Virus record (IMG/VR): IMGVR_UViG_3300010359_000009
Location: 1 to 32,090 of that record
DNA from: a virus
Lineage: Duplodnaviria; Caudoviricetes
Reading direction: 5' to 3' (one strand)
Length of the DNA stretch: 32,090 nucleotides
Shown: in pieces, positions 8,552 through 16,950 of the stretch
How positions within the stretch are numbered: the stretch's first letter is position 1
How the letters are laid out: each line of letters starts with the position of its first letter
Translations under genes and position numbers: made by a program
The notes under the pieces: generated by a model
What the model saw: the letters and a program-made list of their open reading frames with translations, nothing else
What the model was told of the DNA's origin: nothing
Database searches by the model: none

Positions 8552-9681
8552 GACTTCTCCCGGAGATTCAGTGGCATGAGGACATGCCGGTACTCGTCGA
8601 GGACATTGCCCTCCGCGTCACACGGCCGGATGAGGAAACCAGCCACATCCGACGAGGTGAAGACGAACGATGCCGAAGGCGACCGCAGGCAGGCCAGGGC
8701 ATCACCGATGTACTGCGGCTTGACATTGATCCGGATCGGATCTCCCGTAATGGACTGAACATCCACACCGTCGTCGGCATCCCCGAGGCGCTTCTCGCCG
8801 CCGCCAGCATTCGCCAGTGCTACGCCATCCCCGGTGAACTCCATCGTGAGATGGCTGAACTCGCCCATCATCACCGCAGTCCGGTCGATCGCCGCGCGCA
8901 ACTCCTGTACATCGACGACCACGCCGGTATTTGCCTTCTTCTCCGGCTGGTCCAGTACGCTGGCCAGCGCCGGGTACTTCCCGGCAAGCAACCGGCTGGT
9001 GACGGTAAGCTGCCGCGTACCGAATGTGATGATCCCGTCGTTGACACAGACCGTCACATCGCCGTCGGTGCCGACGTGACGGAGTACGTCAATGGGTACC
9101 ACCGCAGAATCACAATCCACCTCGGGCCCGCTCCACGGTACCGGTAGGCGCGCGAGGCGGTATTTGTTCGTGGCGGACAGAATCAGTTCGTCATGTCCGA
9201 ACTCGCATGATACACCTCGAAGAATCTCGTTCTTCGTCTTGCCCTCCGCGTCGGCGGCTGGAATCACCCGGTCCAATGCGGTCACCAAGGTCTCGGCGTC
9301 CACCCGGCCGATCACATCACCGACCGCCGGCCACGTCGGCCAGAGCTCCGCGTCGATCTCGGGGAGAGACCACTTCGGGCGGCCCGAACGCACTTCCAGG
9401 TGCGTGCCGTCAGCTACCAGCGACACCTCGGCGCCCGCGGGTACCCGCTTGGCCACCTCGGCCAGCAGGCGAGCACTCACGACCGCCGATCCGGACTGCT
9501 GGACCACGGCAGGACAGCGGGCCGTGCCAAATGTCTCGAAGTCGCTGGCGGCCAACTCCAGGTCATCGCCAGCGGTCAGCTTGACGCCTGCGAGCACAGG
9601 CGTCACCGGATTGCCGGGTGCGATCTTCGCTGCCCACGCAGCAGCCTTACTGAGATCCTCGCCCTTGCAGGTCAGTTTCAC
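8548..9681 (-). CDS. dnaN: DNA polymerase III beta sliding clamp (phage-encoded)
   Basis: PVLAGVKL, LAASDFE, LSATNKYRLA, SRLLAGKYP and C-terminal VLMPL; GGAGG RBS before GTG at 9681. Confidence 0.9.
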   Translation of the reverse strand: MKLTCKGEDLSKAAAWAAKIAPGNPVTPVLAGVKLTAGDDLELAASDFETFGTARCPAVVQQSGSAVVSARLLAEVAKRVPAGAEVSLVADGTHLEVRSGRPKWSLPEIDAELWPTWPAVGDVIGRVDAETLVTALDRVIPAADAEGKTKNEILRGVSCEFGHDELILSATNKYRLARLPVPWSGPEVDCDSAVVPIDVLRHVGTDGDVTVCVNDGIITFGTRQLTVTSRLLAGKYPALASVLDQPEKKANTGVVVDVQELRAAIDRTAVMMGEFSHLTMEFTGDGVALANAGGGEKRLGDADDGVDVQSITGDPIRINVKPQYIGDALACLRSPSASFVFTSSDVAGFLIRPCDAEGNVLDEYRHVLMPLNLREKS

Positions 9682-9692
9682 AATTCCTCCGG

Positions 9693-9830
9693 TCAGTAGT
9701 AGGGGGTCTCTTCCGCGGCATCGTATGCACCGCACTCTAAGCAGCGCCCGTCGATATCCAAACCTTCATCGGCATCGCCCTCGGCGCCACAATTATGACA
9801 GACAAATTCGACGTACGCAGGGAGCGGCAC
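9693..9830 (-). CDS. Small acidic zinc-ribbon protein, 45 aa (not in ORF track)
   Basis: MPLPAYVEFVCHNCGAEGDADEGLDIDGRCLECGAYDAAEETPYY fills the gap before dnaN. Confidence 0.55.
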   Translation of the reverse strand: MPLPAYVEFVCHNCGAEGDADEGLDIDGRCLECGAYDAAEETPYY

Positions 9831-9865
9831 GGGAGCCTATTCCATTACGATCCTCCGGATCTAAG

Positions 9866-10057
9866 TCACTCTGGATACTCGCCGATGTCATGTAATTCCG
9901 CACAGACTTCACATGCATCAGCAGGATCACCGCAATAGCAGTTAGCCTCATCCTCAGCTTCGCTAGGCAACACACCTAACGGCAGCGCATACACACGGGC
10001 ACCACTGCAACGCAGACAGCTCTCATTGCGGCAAACCGAATTCCAAAAGGTCGTCAT
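9866..10057 (-). CDS. Small Cys-rich protein
   Basis: GGAGG RBS; C....C..C and CYC......C..C. Confidence 0.65.
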   Translation of the reverse strand: MTTFWNSVCRNESCLRCSGARVYALPLGVLPSEAEDEANCYCGDPADACEVCAELHDIGEYPE

Positions 10058-10111
10058 CAGTAATCCTCCGCCCCCCCTTAAGAACGAACATGGCGGGAGT
10101 CCATTCAGCCA

Positions 10112-10393
10112 CTATTTCCCCAATCCTAGGTCGCCATCGGCGCCATGCTTATCGCACAATCCGACCTCGGTCACGCTCCAGGCCGAAGCAAATTCAACCA
10201 ACGCGCCACTAGGTACCTCCTTCGGGTGATTTGACACGCGCCATCCAGTGGCCGTTCGTGTGACCGTTATACCTGAAGGTCTGCCATCGCGGGCAGCCGA
10301 TTGTAGAACAGAACCGACCGGGAGGCCATCCGCGTAATCCGTCATACTTGAATTGAATCCATCGCCAGGGCGCAAGTGCGTCACCTTGTCCAA
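10112..10393 (-). CDS. Hypothetical protein
   Basis: TTG start after GAGGGG; preferred over the overlapping 10209..10403 frame. Confidence 0.5.
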   Translation of the reverse strand: MDKVTHLRPGDGFNSSMTDYADGLPVGSVLQSAARDGRPSGITVTRTATGWRVSNHPKEVPSGALVEFASAWSVTEVGLCDKHGADGDLGLGK

Positions 10394-10409
10394 CTCCCCT
10401 CATCCTCCA

Positions 10410-10682
10410 TTACGATCCTCCGTATCCAAGGCACATCGGATCGCGAGGCGCCGCCGGATACTCCGTGCTCACCATGGCCATAACCTTGCAAGTCGCGGAC
10501 TTGATCGCCTCTTTGAGGCAACCATTAACGAGGCCGGCGTGTGTGACAAGTTCCCCTCCGACAGTTTCACTGCTCACAGTTTGCGAAATGTCGGTCACGT
10601 TCTCCCCGGGCCGGGAACCCGGCGGATCAATGGTAACGTGAATACGAACGCGGACGGTCGGTGTCAACATCTCATCCTCCAT
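10410..10682 (-). CDS. Hypothetical protein (true start may be ATG at 10670)
   Basis: GGAGG lies just before the second ATG; plausible composition. Confidence 0.6.
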   Translation of the reverse strand: MEDEMLTPTVRVRIHVTIDPPGSRPGENVTDISQTVSSETVGGELVTHAGLVNGCLKEAIKSATCKVMAMVSTEYPAAPRDPMCLGYGGS

Positions 10683-10732
10683 TGCCTAGGGCCGCCGCCC
10701 GCATCGATCCTACCGCAACCACGGCGCAACCG

Positions 10733-10966
10733 CTAGTCATTGCGAGCCCCGCGGAGGTCCGTGCGGTACCCACGGCCACGCATCTGGCGCAAACCAGCAC
10801 GCACGTCGGCGAACCGGTAGCGATTCTCTCCCCCTGGTCCGGGGTCACGGGTCACCGCATGAACGCCGTATCGGCCACACCATGCGGATACACCTCGATT
10901 ACTCGAATAGCCGATCAGCACCCTGACCTGAGAAGTGGTCAGGGTGCTGATGTTGTCACTGATCAT
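10733..10966 (-). CDS. MerR/Xis-like helix-turn-helix DNA-binding protein
   Basis: LTTSQVRVLIGY......SAWCGR...GENRYRFADV; basic tail GRGYRTDL. Confidence 0.7.
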   Translation of the reverse strand: MISDNISTLTTSQVRVLIGYSSNRGVSAWCGRYGVHAVTRDPGPGGENRYRFADVRAGLRQMRGRGYRTDLRGARND

Positions 10967-11250
10967 TCGATCTCCCTAGCCAGCAGCGCATCACGCTGAC
11001 ACTGCTCCAACTCCCGCACTTGCTGCAGGGTCATTGCGTTCGTGCACGCCCGCTGGACAATCTCTAGTGCTCGCTCTCGAGTGACGCCCTGGAACAGGTG
11101 CTGGCCGGGCTGGGCGATACCGGGGGTCAGAACCCGGATGCTCCAGCCGGTGCAGGATGCGTTCACGGCATGCAGCCAGAACGTCACGCCGTCGGTGTCG
11201 CGCTTGATGCGGTAGTCGCCGAACCGAATCTGAGTGACGATGGCGGCCAT
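10963..11250 (-). CDS. Hypothetical protein (first gene of a small cassette)
   Basis: AAGGAG RBS; ATGA coupling to the HTH gene. Confidence 0.75.
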   Translation of the reverse strand: MAAIVTQIRFGDYRIKRDTDGVTFWLHAVNASCTGWSIRVLTPGIAQPGQHLFQGVTRERALEIVQRACTNAMTLQQVRELEQCQRDALLAREIE

Positions 11251-11286
11251 GGCGAGTGCTCCTTGGTTGGTTTGCCTGCGGTCTCA

Positions 11287-11319
11287 CCTATAACATCGCT
11301 GTACTACTCAGCAACGTTA
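11287..11319 (-). promoter_or_regulatory. Putative promoter with operator inverted repeat
   Basis: TAACATCGCTG-N7-CAGCAACGTTA (9/11 inverted repeat, 11291-11319) overlapping minus-strand TTGCTG-N16-TATAGG. Confidence 0.45.
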
Positions 11320-11343
11320 CATGCCCGACGCGGGCGTGTCCAC

Positions 11344-12066
11344 TCACCTGTCGTACAGCGGGGCGAGATACTGCCAGGCCCAGTCCGCGGCCTGCTCGGG
11401 GGTCATGTCCGGTGAGGCTACCGACGGTGCCGCGTTGGTGGTCACATGCGACACGACGGACAACTCAGGTTCGGGATCCGCTGACAACCCATCCGGGCCT
11501 GCGTCCGCAGGCTCACGCGGCTCCGCGCCCGGGCGCACGAGATCCCACCATGCCGAGTCGTGGTGGGTCAGTTGGCCGGGTTCATAACTCCACACCAGAG
11601 ACATCGGATGACCGAGGCGGCAACGCTCACAGGCGGATTGCCCGGACAGCAAGAGCCGCTCGCCGCATGCACAGTAGGCTGGCGCGACTCTCCATTGTGG
11701 ATCAGGAATCGCCCGTGGTGGTTCTGGTGACAACTCATGGTACGCGAATACCCGACCGTAAATGCCCCTGCACTTTTTGTCTGGGTGTTCAGTTCGCTCG
11801 CCAGTCTCCGTGTAATCGCAGAATGCCCCCCGACGCTGGCCGTGCTTCTCGTGCATCTCGATAGCGATCGCAACATGATCACGTAAGTCATCTATCCAAT
11901 ACCAGTAACCAGTCCACGGGCCACCAACCGCGACGGCTGGTTCCCGCTCGAATGCCTCACGGGCGAATTTCTCCTGCCAGTCACCTGTCGGCCACTTCTC
12001 GCAGAGCCACCACTCGGGAGGATTCGGGGGAATCGCACGCCTGACTGCTGCGGTGCGCCTAGCCAT
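11344..12066 (-). CDS. Hypothetical protein with Cys clusters
   Basis: Long ORF overlapping the DUF1643 stop; CAC...CERC; Trp-rich. Confidence 0.65.
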   Translation of the reverse strand: MARRTAAVRRAIPPNPPEWWLCEKWPTGDWQEKFAREAFEREPAVAVGGPWTGYWYWIDDLRDHVAIAIEMHEKHGQRRGAFCDYTETGERTEHPDKKCRGIYGRVFAYHELSPEPPRAIPDPQWRVAPAYCACGERLLLSGQSACERCRLGHPMSLVWSYEPGQLTHHDSAWWDLVRPGAEPREPADAGPDGLSADPEPELSVVSHVTTNAAPSVASPDMTPEQAADWAWQYLAPLYDR

Positions 12067-12622
12067 GGGACGCCGCAGGGACACCGTACGGCTCCGATGG
12101 CACGTAGGGCACGCAGAGCGGATGCCTCGGGAGGCCCCGCGCGGTGCGACCTAGGCAGTGGAGAGTGACTCCCAGTTCACCCATCATGCCCAGGACCGCG
12201 GCGGCCCGCCCACTCACCATCTGGTGCGCCCCCCACGCCACGACCACCAGGGAGCACTGCGCCACCGCGGCCCGGATCTGTCCGTCGTTGTCCGGGCCGA
12301 TCGGATCTTCGTGCCCCTTCAGCTCCTCGGGGTTCGTCGCCCTGAGCGCAAACAGGTTAAGCACGACAATGCCACCGTAGCCCCACAGTTGAGAGAACCT
12401 GATGCAGCGCCGGATCGTTGGGTCATCACGCTCGCGTCCAGCTTTGCTCGGATTGAGCATGATGAAGCAGGCAGTCGGCCTGCCGGAATCCCAGGTGCGG
12501 GTCAACCGGTAGCGCCATGGACGGTGCACCGGATCCTCGCACAACTCGCGGTCGCCTGATTCACAGTCGGTACACGGACTGAATGCGGCGTCGCTAGTGG
12601 TGGTGCCGAACAGATCAATCAT
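12059..12622 (-). CDS. DUF1643 family protein
   Basis: RYRLTRTWD, FIMLNPS, DDPTIRRC, NLFALRATNP, AWG, PRHPL. Confidence 0.88.
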   Translation of the reverse strand: MIDLFGTTTSDAAFSPCTDCESGDRELCEDPVHRPWRYRLTRTWDSGRPTACFIMLNPSKAGRERDDPTIRRCIRFSQLWGYGGIVVLNLFALRATNPEELKGHEDPIGPDNDGQIRAAVAQCSLVVVAWGAHQMVSGRAAAVLGMMGELGVTLHCLGRTARGLPRHPLCVPYVPSEPYGVPAASHG

Positions 12623-13092
12623 TTTCCCACCGTCCCGTTCCTGCTGATCCTTGCGTCATGCACAGCCTCATTCTTCATTAATTCATTTACCGCGGACAGG
12701 CGAGTCAATTCCACCGAGTCGACACCCCGGCAGTCACCACCGCACCAATAGCACTCTAACATCGTCATATCCGGCAACGCTGGCTTACCCACCACCGGTA
12801 GAGCCGGACCGATGAGACCGCGGCGGCGTGCTATCGCGTTCGCCGCCCGCGCGAGCCACTCGGTCGCTGCGTAACGTGCGAGTTCAAACGACGGGCACGG
12901 CCACCACTGCTCGCACGTTACGCAGCGACCGTACCTTCGGTACCGATCGGCATTGCACTCAAGCGAGTGGTGTATGTCGGCGGTCAGCTGGAGAATTTCC
13001 ACGAGCTCGGCCGTGGATTCCCGATCGCCTGCGGGGTAACTCATCAGTACCTCAATCGTCTCACTCATGCGCGGCTTGCCAACCCAACTCAC
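12619..13092 (-). CDS. Hypothetical protein with CxxC motifs (start may be 13068)
   Basis: 4-nt overlaps with both neighbours; CVTCEQWWPC, CYWC. Confidence 0.65.
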   Translation of the reverse strand: MSWVGKPRMSETIEVLMSYPAGDRESTAELVEILQLTADIHHSLECNADRYRRYGRCVTCEQWWPCPSFELARYAATEWLARAANAIARRRGLIGPALPVVGKPALPDMTMLECYWCGGDCRGVDSVELTRLSAVNELMKNEAVHDARISRNGTVGK

Positions 13093-14396
13093 CAGTGTCC
13101 ATCGTGATACGGCGCCATCGGTTCAGTCGGCTCCCAGGGGAGCATCGTGCCGTGGCGGAGCTGCTCGGGCCACTGGCGATCCTCGCGGCTACCACGCCAG
13201 GACACCACGTCGACGACCTCAGCGCGACGCTCCCGGGCCTCCCTCGCGCGACGAATACCGAAGCCGTACTCGGGCCAGCGCATCCACAACGATGAGCCGA
13301 TTGGCGCCATCCGACGATCGCCGTTGCCGTCCTCACCTTTCCCGGAATGCGCCTCGATCAGCAGGGCGAATCCATGGCGGGCCCGCAGTGCGTCCCACAC
13401 TGCCGCGACAGCACGCACCTTTGTCTCGTCGGACGGATCGCCGTTGAACATCTTATACAGCGGTCCGACCACGAGAAGATCCGGCGCTGACGAAGAGACC
13501 GCGTGCTCCATCCAGGCAACATCCTTTGTACCCAGCAGGTCGAGTCCCTCGGGGCGAACGTCGATGAACATCCGAGACTTCCAGTCCGCGCCAGAGAGTC
13601 CAGCACGGTTCCTGATCGCATCCACCTGCCCGAGTATCCGCCTGTACCTGCGTCGGTTCTGCACTGCCGAGTTCTCGCAGTCGACGACGGTGACGCGTAT
13701 CCCTCGATCGCCCTGACCGAGAACCGCTCCCGAAAACGGATGCACCGACCCGGCGAGACATGCACCTATCTGGGACGCCAGATAGGTCTTTCCCCCTCCC
13801 TCATTTCCCGTGATGATGGTGCGCTCGTTGTGCTCCAGGAGCCCAGGCACCAGCCAGTCATACTCCATCGGTCCATCCATGAATTCCCCCATGGACTGAG
13901 GCCCGGGTATTCCGTCCGGCTGTACGGATTCCTCAATGTCGTCACAGGCCGCACGGAACTCAGCCAGCGCCAATCGGACCGCGGCATCCTCGTTATTCGC
14001 CCACCCGTACTCCATGCGCTGCATCATCCGGATGGACACTTCCATCAGCCGGCGCCGCGCGGCGAGTTCGGCGATCCGCTCGCCGTACCACACCACGCCG
14101 GCATGGTCACCTGGTCCCGTGGCCACCGTATGCAGCCAGGGACCGTCGATCTTCGTGACGTGACCGCGGGCAAGAACCTGGCCCATGGTAGTCACCATGT
14201 CGACTGTCTGGCCGCTGGCATACATTCCAGCAAGAACTGCAGCCAATAGCTTGTGCCGACTGTCCCACATTGACGGAGCAAGCCGACCGCAGAACTGCAA
14301 CGCCAGCTCGTCACCATGCAGCGCTATCTTCAGCAATGCCTGCTCGGCCAGCAGGTCGTAGGCGAACTGCGGTGGATTAAGTGGATTATCAGTCAT
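13089..14396 (-). CDS. Replicative helicase, DnaB N-terminal-like domain plus RecA-fold (AAA_25/RepA-like)
   Basis: PPQ....AEQALL N-terminus; WLVPGLL, Walker A GNEGGGKT, VDCENS, LIEAH, PIGSS.W. Confidence 0.85.
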   Translation of the reverse strand: MTDNPLNPPQFAYDLLAEQALLKIALHGDELALQFCGRLAPSMWDSRHKLLAAVLAGMYASGQTVDMVTTMGQVLARGHVTKIDGPWLHTVATGPGDHAGVVWYGERIAELAARRRLMEVSIRMMQRMEYGWANNEDAAVRLALAEFRAACDDIEESVQPDGIPGPQSMGEFMDGPMEYDWLVPGLLEHNERTIITGNEGGGKTYLASQIGACLAGSVHPFSGAVLGQGDRGIRVTVVDCENSAVQNRRRYRRILGQVDAIRNRAGLSGADWKSRMFIDVRPEGLDLLGTKDVAWMEHAVSSSAPDLLVVGPLYKMFNGDPSDETKVRAVAAVWDALRARHGFALLIEAHSGKGEDGNGDRRMAPIGSSLWMRWPEYGFGIRRAREARERRAEVVDVVSWRGSREDRQWPEQLRHGTMLPWEPTEPMAPYHDGHW

Positions 14397-14596
14397 TGCG
14401 ACGCCACGACCTCACTGAACGAACAGCCACACTTCGGACAGCGGCCGTCGACGGTCAGCTCGTCCTCATAGCCGGACCATGAACACTCCGGCGCATCGCA
14501 CTCAACGTACAGATCTACCTCGTCGGGATCGTACATATCGGACCCATAGTTGACCATCGCATCCTCCATGACACACGCCGTCGCGTAATCACTCAT
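14393..14596 (-). CDS. Small acidic zinc-ribbon protein
   Basis: CDAPEC...DGRCPKCG; ATGA coupling. Confidence 0.7.
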   Translation of the reverse strand: MSDYATACVMEDAMVNYGSDMYDPDEVDLYVECDAPECSWSGYEDELTVDGRCPKCGCSFSEVVASQ

Positions 14597-14775
14597 TTGT
14601 CGACCACCCTTGCCTCATCTGTCAGGCCGAGTTCTTTCTGAACGAGACAGCGGATCAGGCGCGAAGCACTGATACCCCGTTCTGTCGCCGCACGGAATAG
14701 CACATCACGTTCACTTGATGGCATCTTGGCGGCGACCACCACCATTGGCCGTGATTCTCGCGATGCTCTGTTCAT
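14593..14775 (-). CDS. Ribbon-helix-helix DNA-binding protein
   Basis: VVVAAKMPSSERDVLFRAATERGISASRLIRCLV; ATGA coupling. Confidence 0.7.
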   Translation of the reverse strand: MNRASRESRPMVVVAAKMPSSERDVLFRAATERGISASRLIRCLVQKELGLTDEARVVDK

Positions 14776-15875
14776 TCCTGCACGAACCTCTTCCAGTCGG
14801 TCACCGGCAGTTCGGTGGCGGAGACCCGGCCGGGTCGCGAGCTGCCGGTGGTGCTCGTCATGCGGGCAAGCTGCTGCTCCACGGCGGCGTACCCGGCTCT
14901 ACCGGCCATCCGGGCAGCGTGCACCACGCGCCGTGGATCGTTGCCGGCGACGATGAGCGCGCGGATCTCCCTCCCTGCCCGCCCCCGCAGGTTCGCGCTC
15001 GGCTCCACACTGGCGTGCGCCGCCCGGTAGGCGTCCACGAACTCACCGACGGCGCGCTGGACGTGCTCAGCTTGCTCGGGCGGCAGGGTCGAACTTGATC
15101 GTTTGGTCCCGTTAACTTTCCCACTGTTACCCCGTGATCTTTCGTTGCCAGCGGAACCACCTACAGGCGTCGGGGTCTGCTCTTGACCGTTGCCGTTGCT
15201 GTTGATCTTTTCCTCAAACCCTAGCTTCGAAGAGGAGGGATCATCACCCAGCCCCTCCAGGCCCTCTTCTGCAGCGCTTTGATCTTCTCCCGGGCCTCGG
15301 CCCGCGCGCGACGCGCCAGCGTTCGTGCCCGAAGCGCTAGCTTCGGAAGCATGGTTACTTGGGTTTGGTTCAACTGGGTATGGTTCCGATCCGCCACATC
15401 TGTCGTATGGCTGTCCAGCGCTCTGACCAGCAAAAATGTCGGATTGTCCCCCGTCAGCTCCACCCGACGGATCTGACGGCTGGTTGTGACCTGCGGATTC
15501 ACTCTGTTTTTGCTGGTCAGCTCCACCCGTCAGATGTGACGTATGGAGGAGCGCCGCGATCGGATCTTCGCGAGGATCGTCCAGCGGCAGGAAGTAGTGA
15601 TTCCGGCCGTAGTTGCCGTCTTCCTTGCGCGTCCGGACGATCACTAGGGCGTCGGCCTCCCGGAGTGCCCGGATGGCTCGCTGGGTGGTTCGCTCGCTGC
15701 AGCCGAGGTCGCTGGCCAGCCGGGCCTCACCAGGCCACGCGTACCGCTTGCCGTTGGCGTACCTGCCGGCGAGCCATGCGTAGTGCCGTAGCGCGCTGGC
15801 GTCGCTGATTCGTTCGACGACCCACAGAGGAACGAGCGCGACCTGCGTCTGCATCGTGCCGCTCATCGCGACCAC
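14772..15875 (-). CDS. Replication initiator with N-terminal winged HTH (lambda O-like organisation)
   Basis: AWPGEARLASDLGCSERTTQRAIRAL...RNHY; low-complexity middle carrying DNA repeats; upstream of the helicase. Confidence 0.8.
   Translation of the reverse strand: MVAMSGTMQTQVALVPLWVVERISDASALRHYAWLAGRYANGKRYAWPGEARLASDLGCSERTTQRAIRALREADALVIVRTRKEDGNYGRNHYFLPLDDPREDPIAALLHTSHLTGGADQQKQSESAGHNQPSDPSGGADGGQSDIFAGQSAGQPYDRCGGSEPYPVEPNPSNHASEASASGTNAGASRAGRGPGEDQSAAEEGLEGLGDDPSSSKLGFEEKINSNGNGQEQTPTPVGGSAGNERSRGNSGKVNGTKRSSSTLPPEQAEHVQRAVGEFVDAYRAAHASVEPSANLRGRAGREIRALIVAGNDPRRVVHAARMAGRAGYAAVEQQLARMTSTTGSSRPGRVSATELPVTDWKRFVQE
15423..15541. repeat. Iteron-like repeats, candidate origin of replication
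   Basis: 26-bp direct repeat GTCAGCTCCACCCG(A/T)C(G/A)GAT(C/G)TGACG at 15453-15478 and 15516-15541; perfect 14-bp inverted repeat CTGACCAGCAAAAA at 15423-15436 and 15507-15520. Confidence 0.65.
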
Positions 15876-15895
15876 CCACTGAGGTCGCTACCCCG

Positions 15896-15938
15896 GAAAT
15901 GAACGAGACCCCTTGGGCCGAAGCCCGCAGGGTCTCGT
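15896..15938 (-). terminator. Intrinsic terminator/attenuator hairpin upstream of the initiator gene
   Basis: Minus strand ACGAGACCC..GGGC-TTCG-GCCC..GGGTCTCGT followed by TCATTT. Confidence 0.65.
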
Positions 15939-16091
15939 GAGACAACACCAATACACTGAAGTGCTGTCAGCTTATCAGAAGTTACCGGGGTGCCGCAGGT
16001 GACATACCTCATGGGTACGGAGTCCTTTCAGTGTATTTATGTTGTGTGCACCTCATCGAAACGCCCGGTGTCTCACGTCGGGTGTCCTGCA

Positions 16092-16120
16092 ATTTTACCG
16101 CACCGTGGCCAGACTGTCAG
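16092..16120 (-). promoter_or_regulatory. Housekeeping-sigma promoter for the replication operon
   Basis: Minus strand CTGACA-N17-TAAAAT. Confidence 0.7.
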
Positions 16121-16148
16121 GTCGCCGGAACGGTGGTGAGACCGCTGG

Positions 16149-16445
16149 TCAGGGGCACCCTCCCGCCTGCGCTACCGCTCTGCGTCGATGCGCCAGCTTG
16201 CCACCCTGACGTGACTGGCATGGTGCGCACGCCGGTCCGATGTTGTCCCGCGTGTACCGCCCGCCGTCGCACCCGGGGGTGAGTCGATCGATCGTCAGGG
16301 TCGCCTTGATGAGCGTCATCCAGCAGTACCGGCAGGCCACGTGGATGCCGTCGCCGAAGTGGTCGAGTATCCACTGTCTGCGTATAGCTCGATCGTGTGA
16401 TGACCCGCGGTCGTTCCGGTTGGTGGTACCCCTTCGGCTGGTCAT
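16149..16445 (-). CDS. HNH-fold endonuclease (actinophage type)
   Basis: CRYC...TIDRLTPG..GGRY...NI.PAC..CQ; ATG at 16445 overlaps the upstream TGA. Confidence 0.8.
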   Translation of the reverse strand: MTSRRGTTNRNDRGSSHDRAIRRQWILDHFGDGIHVACRYCWMTLIKATLTIDRLTPGCDGGRYTRDNIGPACAPCQSRQGGKLAHRRRAVAQAGGCP

Positions 16446-16597
16446 CGGAGCGCCCAGCTCGGCCGAGTATCCGGGTATTGATCCCAAGTTCTACTGTCGA
16501 GTAACCGCCAGCCTGCCTTCGGGGTCCTGCCACCCCATTGCTTGAAGAAGAACGGCACGCCAACGTCGACGCACTGGTCGTGTAGCGATCTGGTCAT
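16442..16597 (-). pseudogene. C-terminal remnant of a DUF5131 (Gp37/Gp68-family) protein
   Basis: RSLHDQC...GVPFFFKQWGGRTPKAG.RLLD.RTWDQYP is the family C-terminus; the N-terminal three-Cys region is absent. Confidence 0.75.
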
Positions 16598-16836
16598 TCT
16601 GTCCACCCCGCGTCCGATGCGTCGGCAGCGGCAGTGATCGCGGTGACCAGCTCCCGAGCCTGCTCGGTGGTTAACTGCGTGATGATCTCCCCGCGGTTCG
16701 GGTCGATGATCCGCATCCCGACGCCCCACATCCAGCAGGCGTCGACGGCGATCTCTCCGTCAGGTGGAAGGATTGTGTCGATGGAGGCTTGTGCGCGCTT
16801 GGTGTTGCAGGGGCACTCCGCAGCCGGCTCGCTCAT
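16594..16836 (-). CDS. Hypothetical protein
   Basis: AGGTG RBS before ATG at 16836; ATGA coupling downstream. Confidence 0.65.
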   Translation of the reverse strand: MSEPAAECPCNTKRAQASIDTILPPDGEIAVDACWMWGVGMRIIDPNRGEIITQLTTEQARELVTAITAAADASDAGWTE

Positions 16837-16841
16837 CACAC

Positions 16842-16950
16842 CTGCCACCCAGTAAAGCAACCAGTCGCCGGAGCCTCAGATTGGCTACACGACGACTGGT
16901 CGTTTGTCTCGGTGGTGGCAGCACCGCTCACTAGACTGGTCCCCAGTGTA
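16842..16950 (-). promoter_or_regulatory. Putative -10 (TACACT) followed by a structured leader
   Basis: Stems 16860-16870/16890-16900 and 16842-16849/16914-16921; TACACT at 16945-16950. Confidence 0.45.

Noticed and set aside
9831-9845. Amber recoding suggested by the in-frame ATG-GAA-TAG
   Set aside because: Large genes are intact under the standard code and several end in TAG; no suppressor tRNA seen
9092-9895. 267-aa plus-strand ORF
   Set aside because: Antisense to dnaN; S/T/R-rich shadow
10209-10403. Alternative 64-aa minus-strand ORF
   Set aside because: Overlaps 10112..10393, which fills the gap better; not fully excluded
13147-14249. Long plus-strand ORFs opposite the helicase
   Set aside because: Antisense shadows of a well-supported gene
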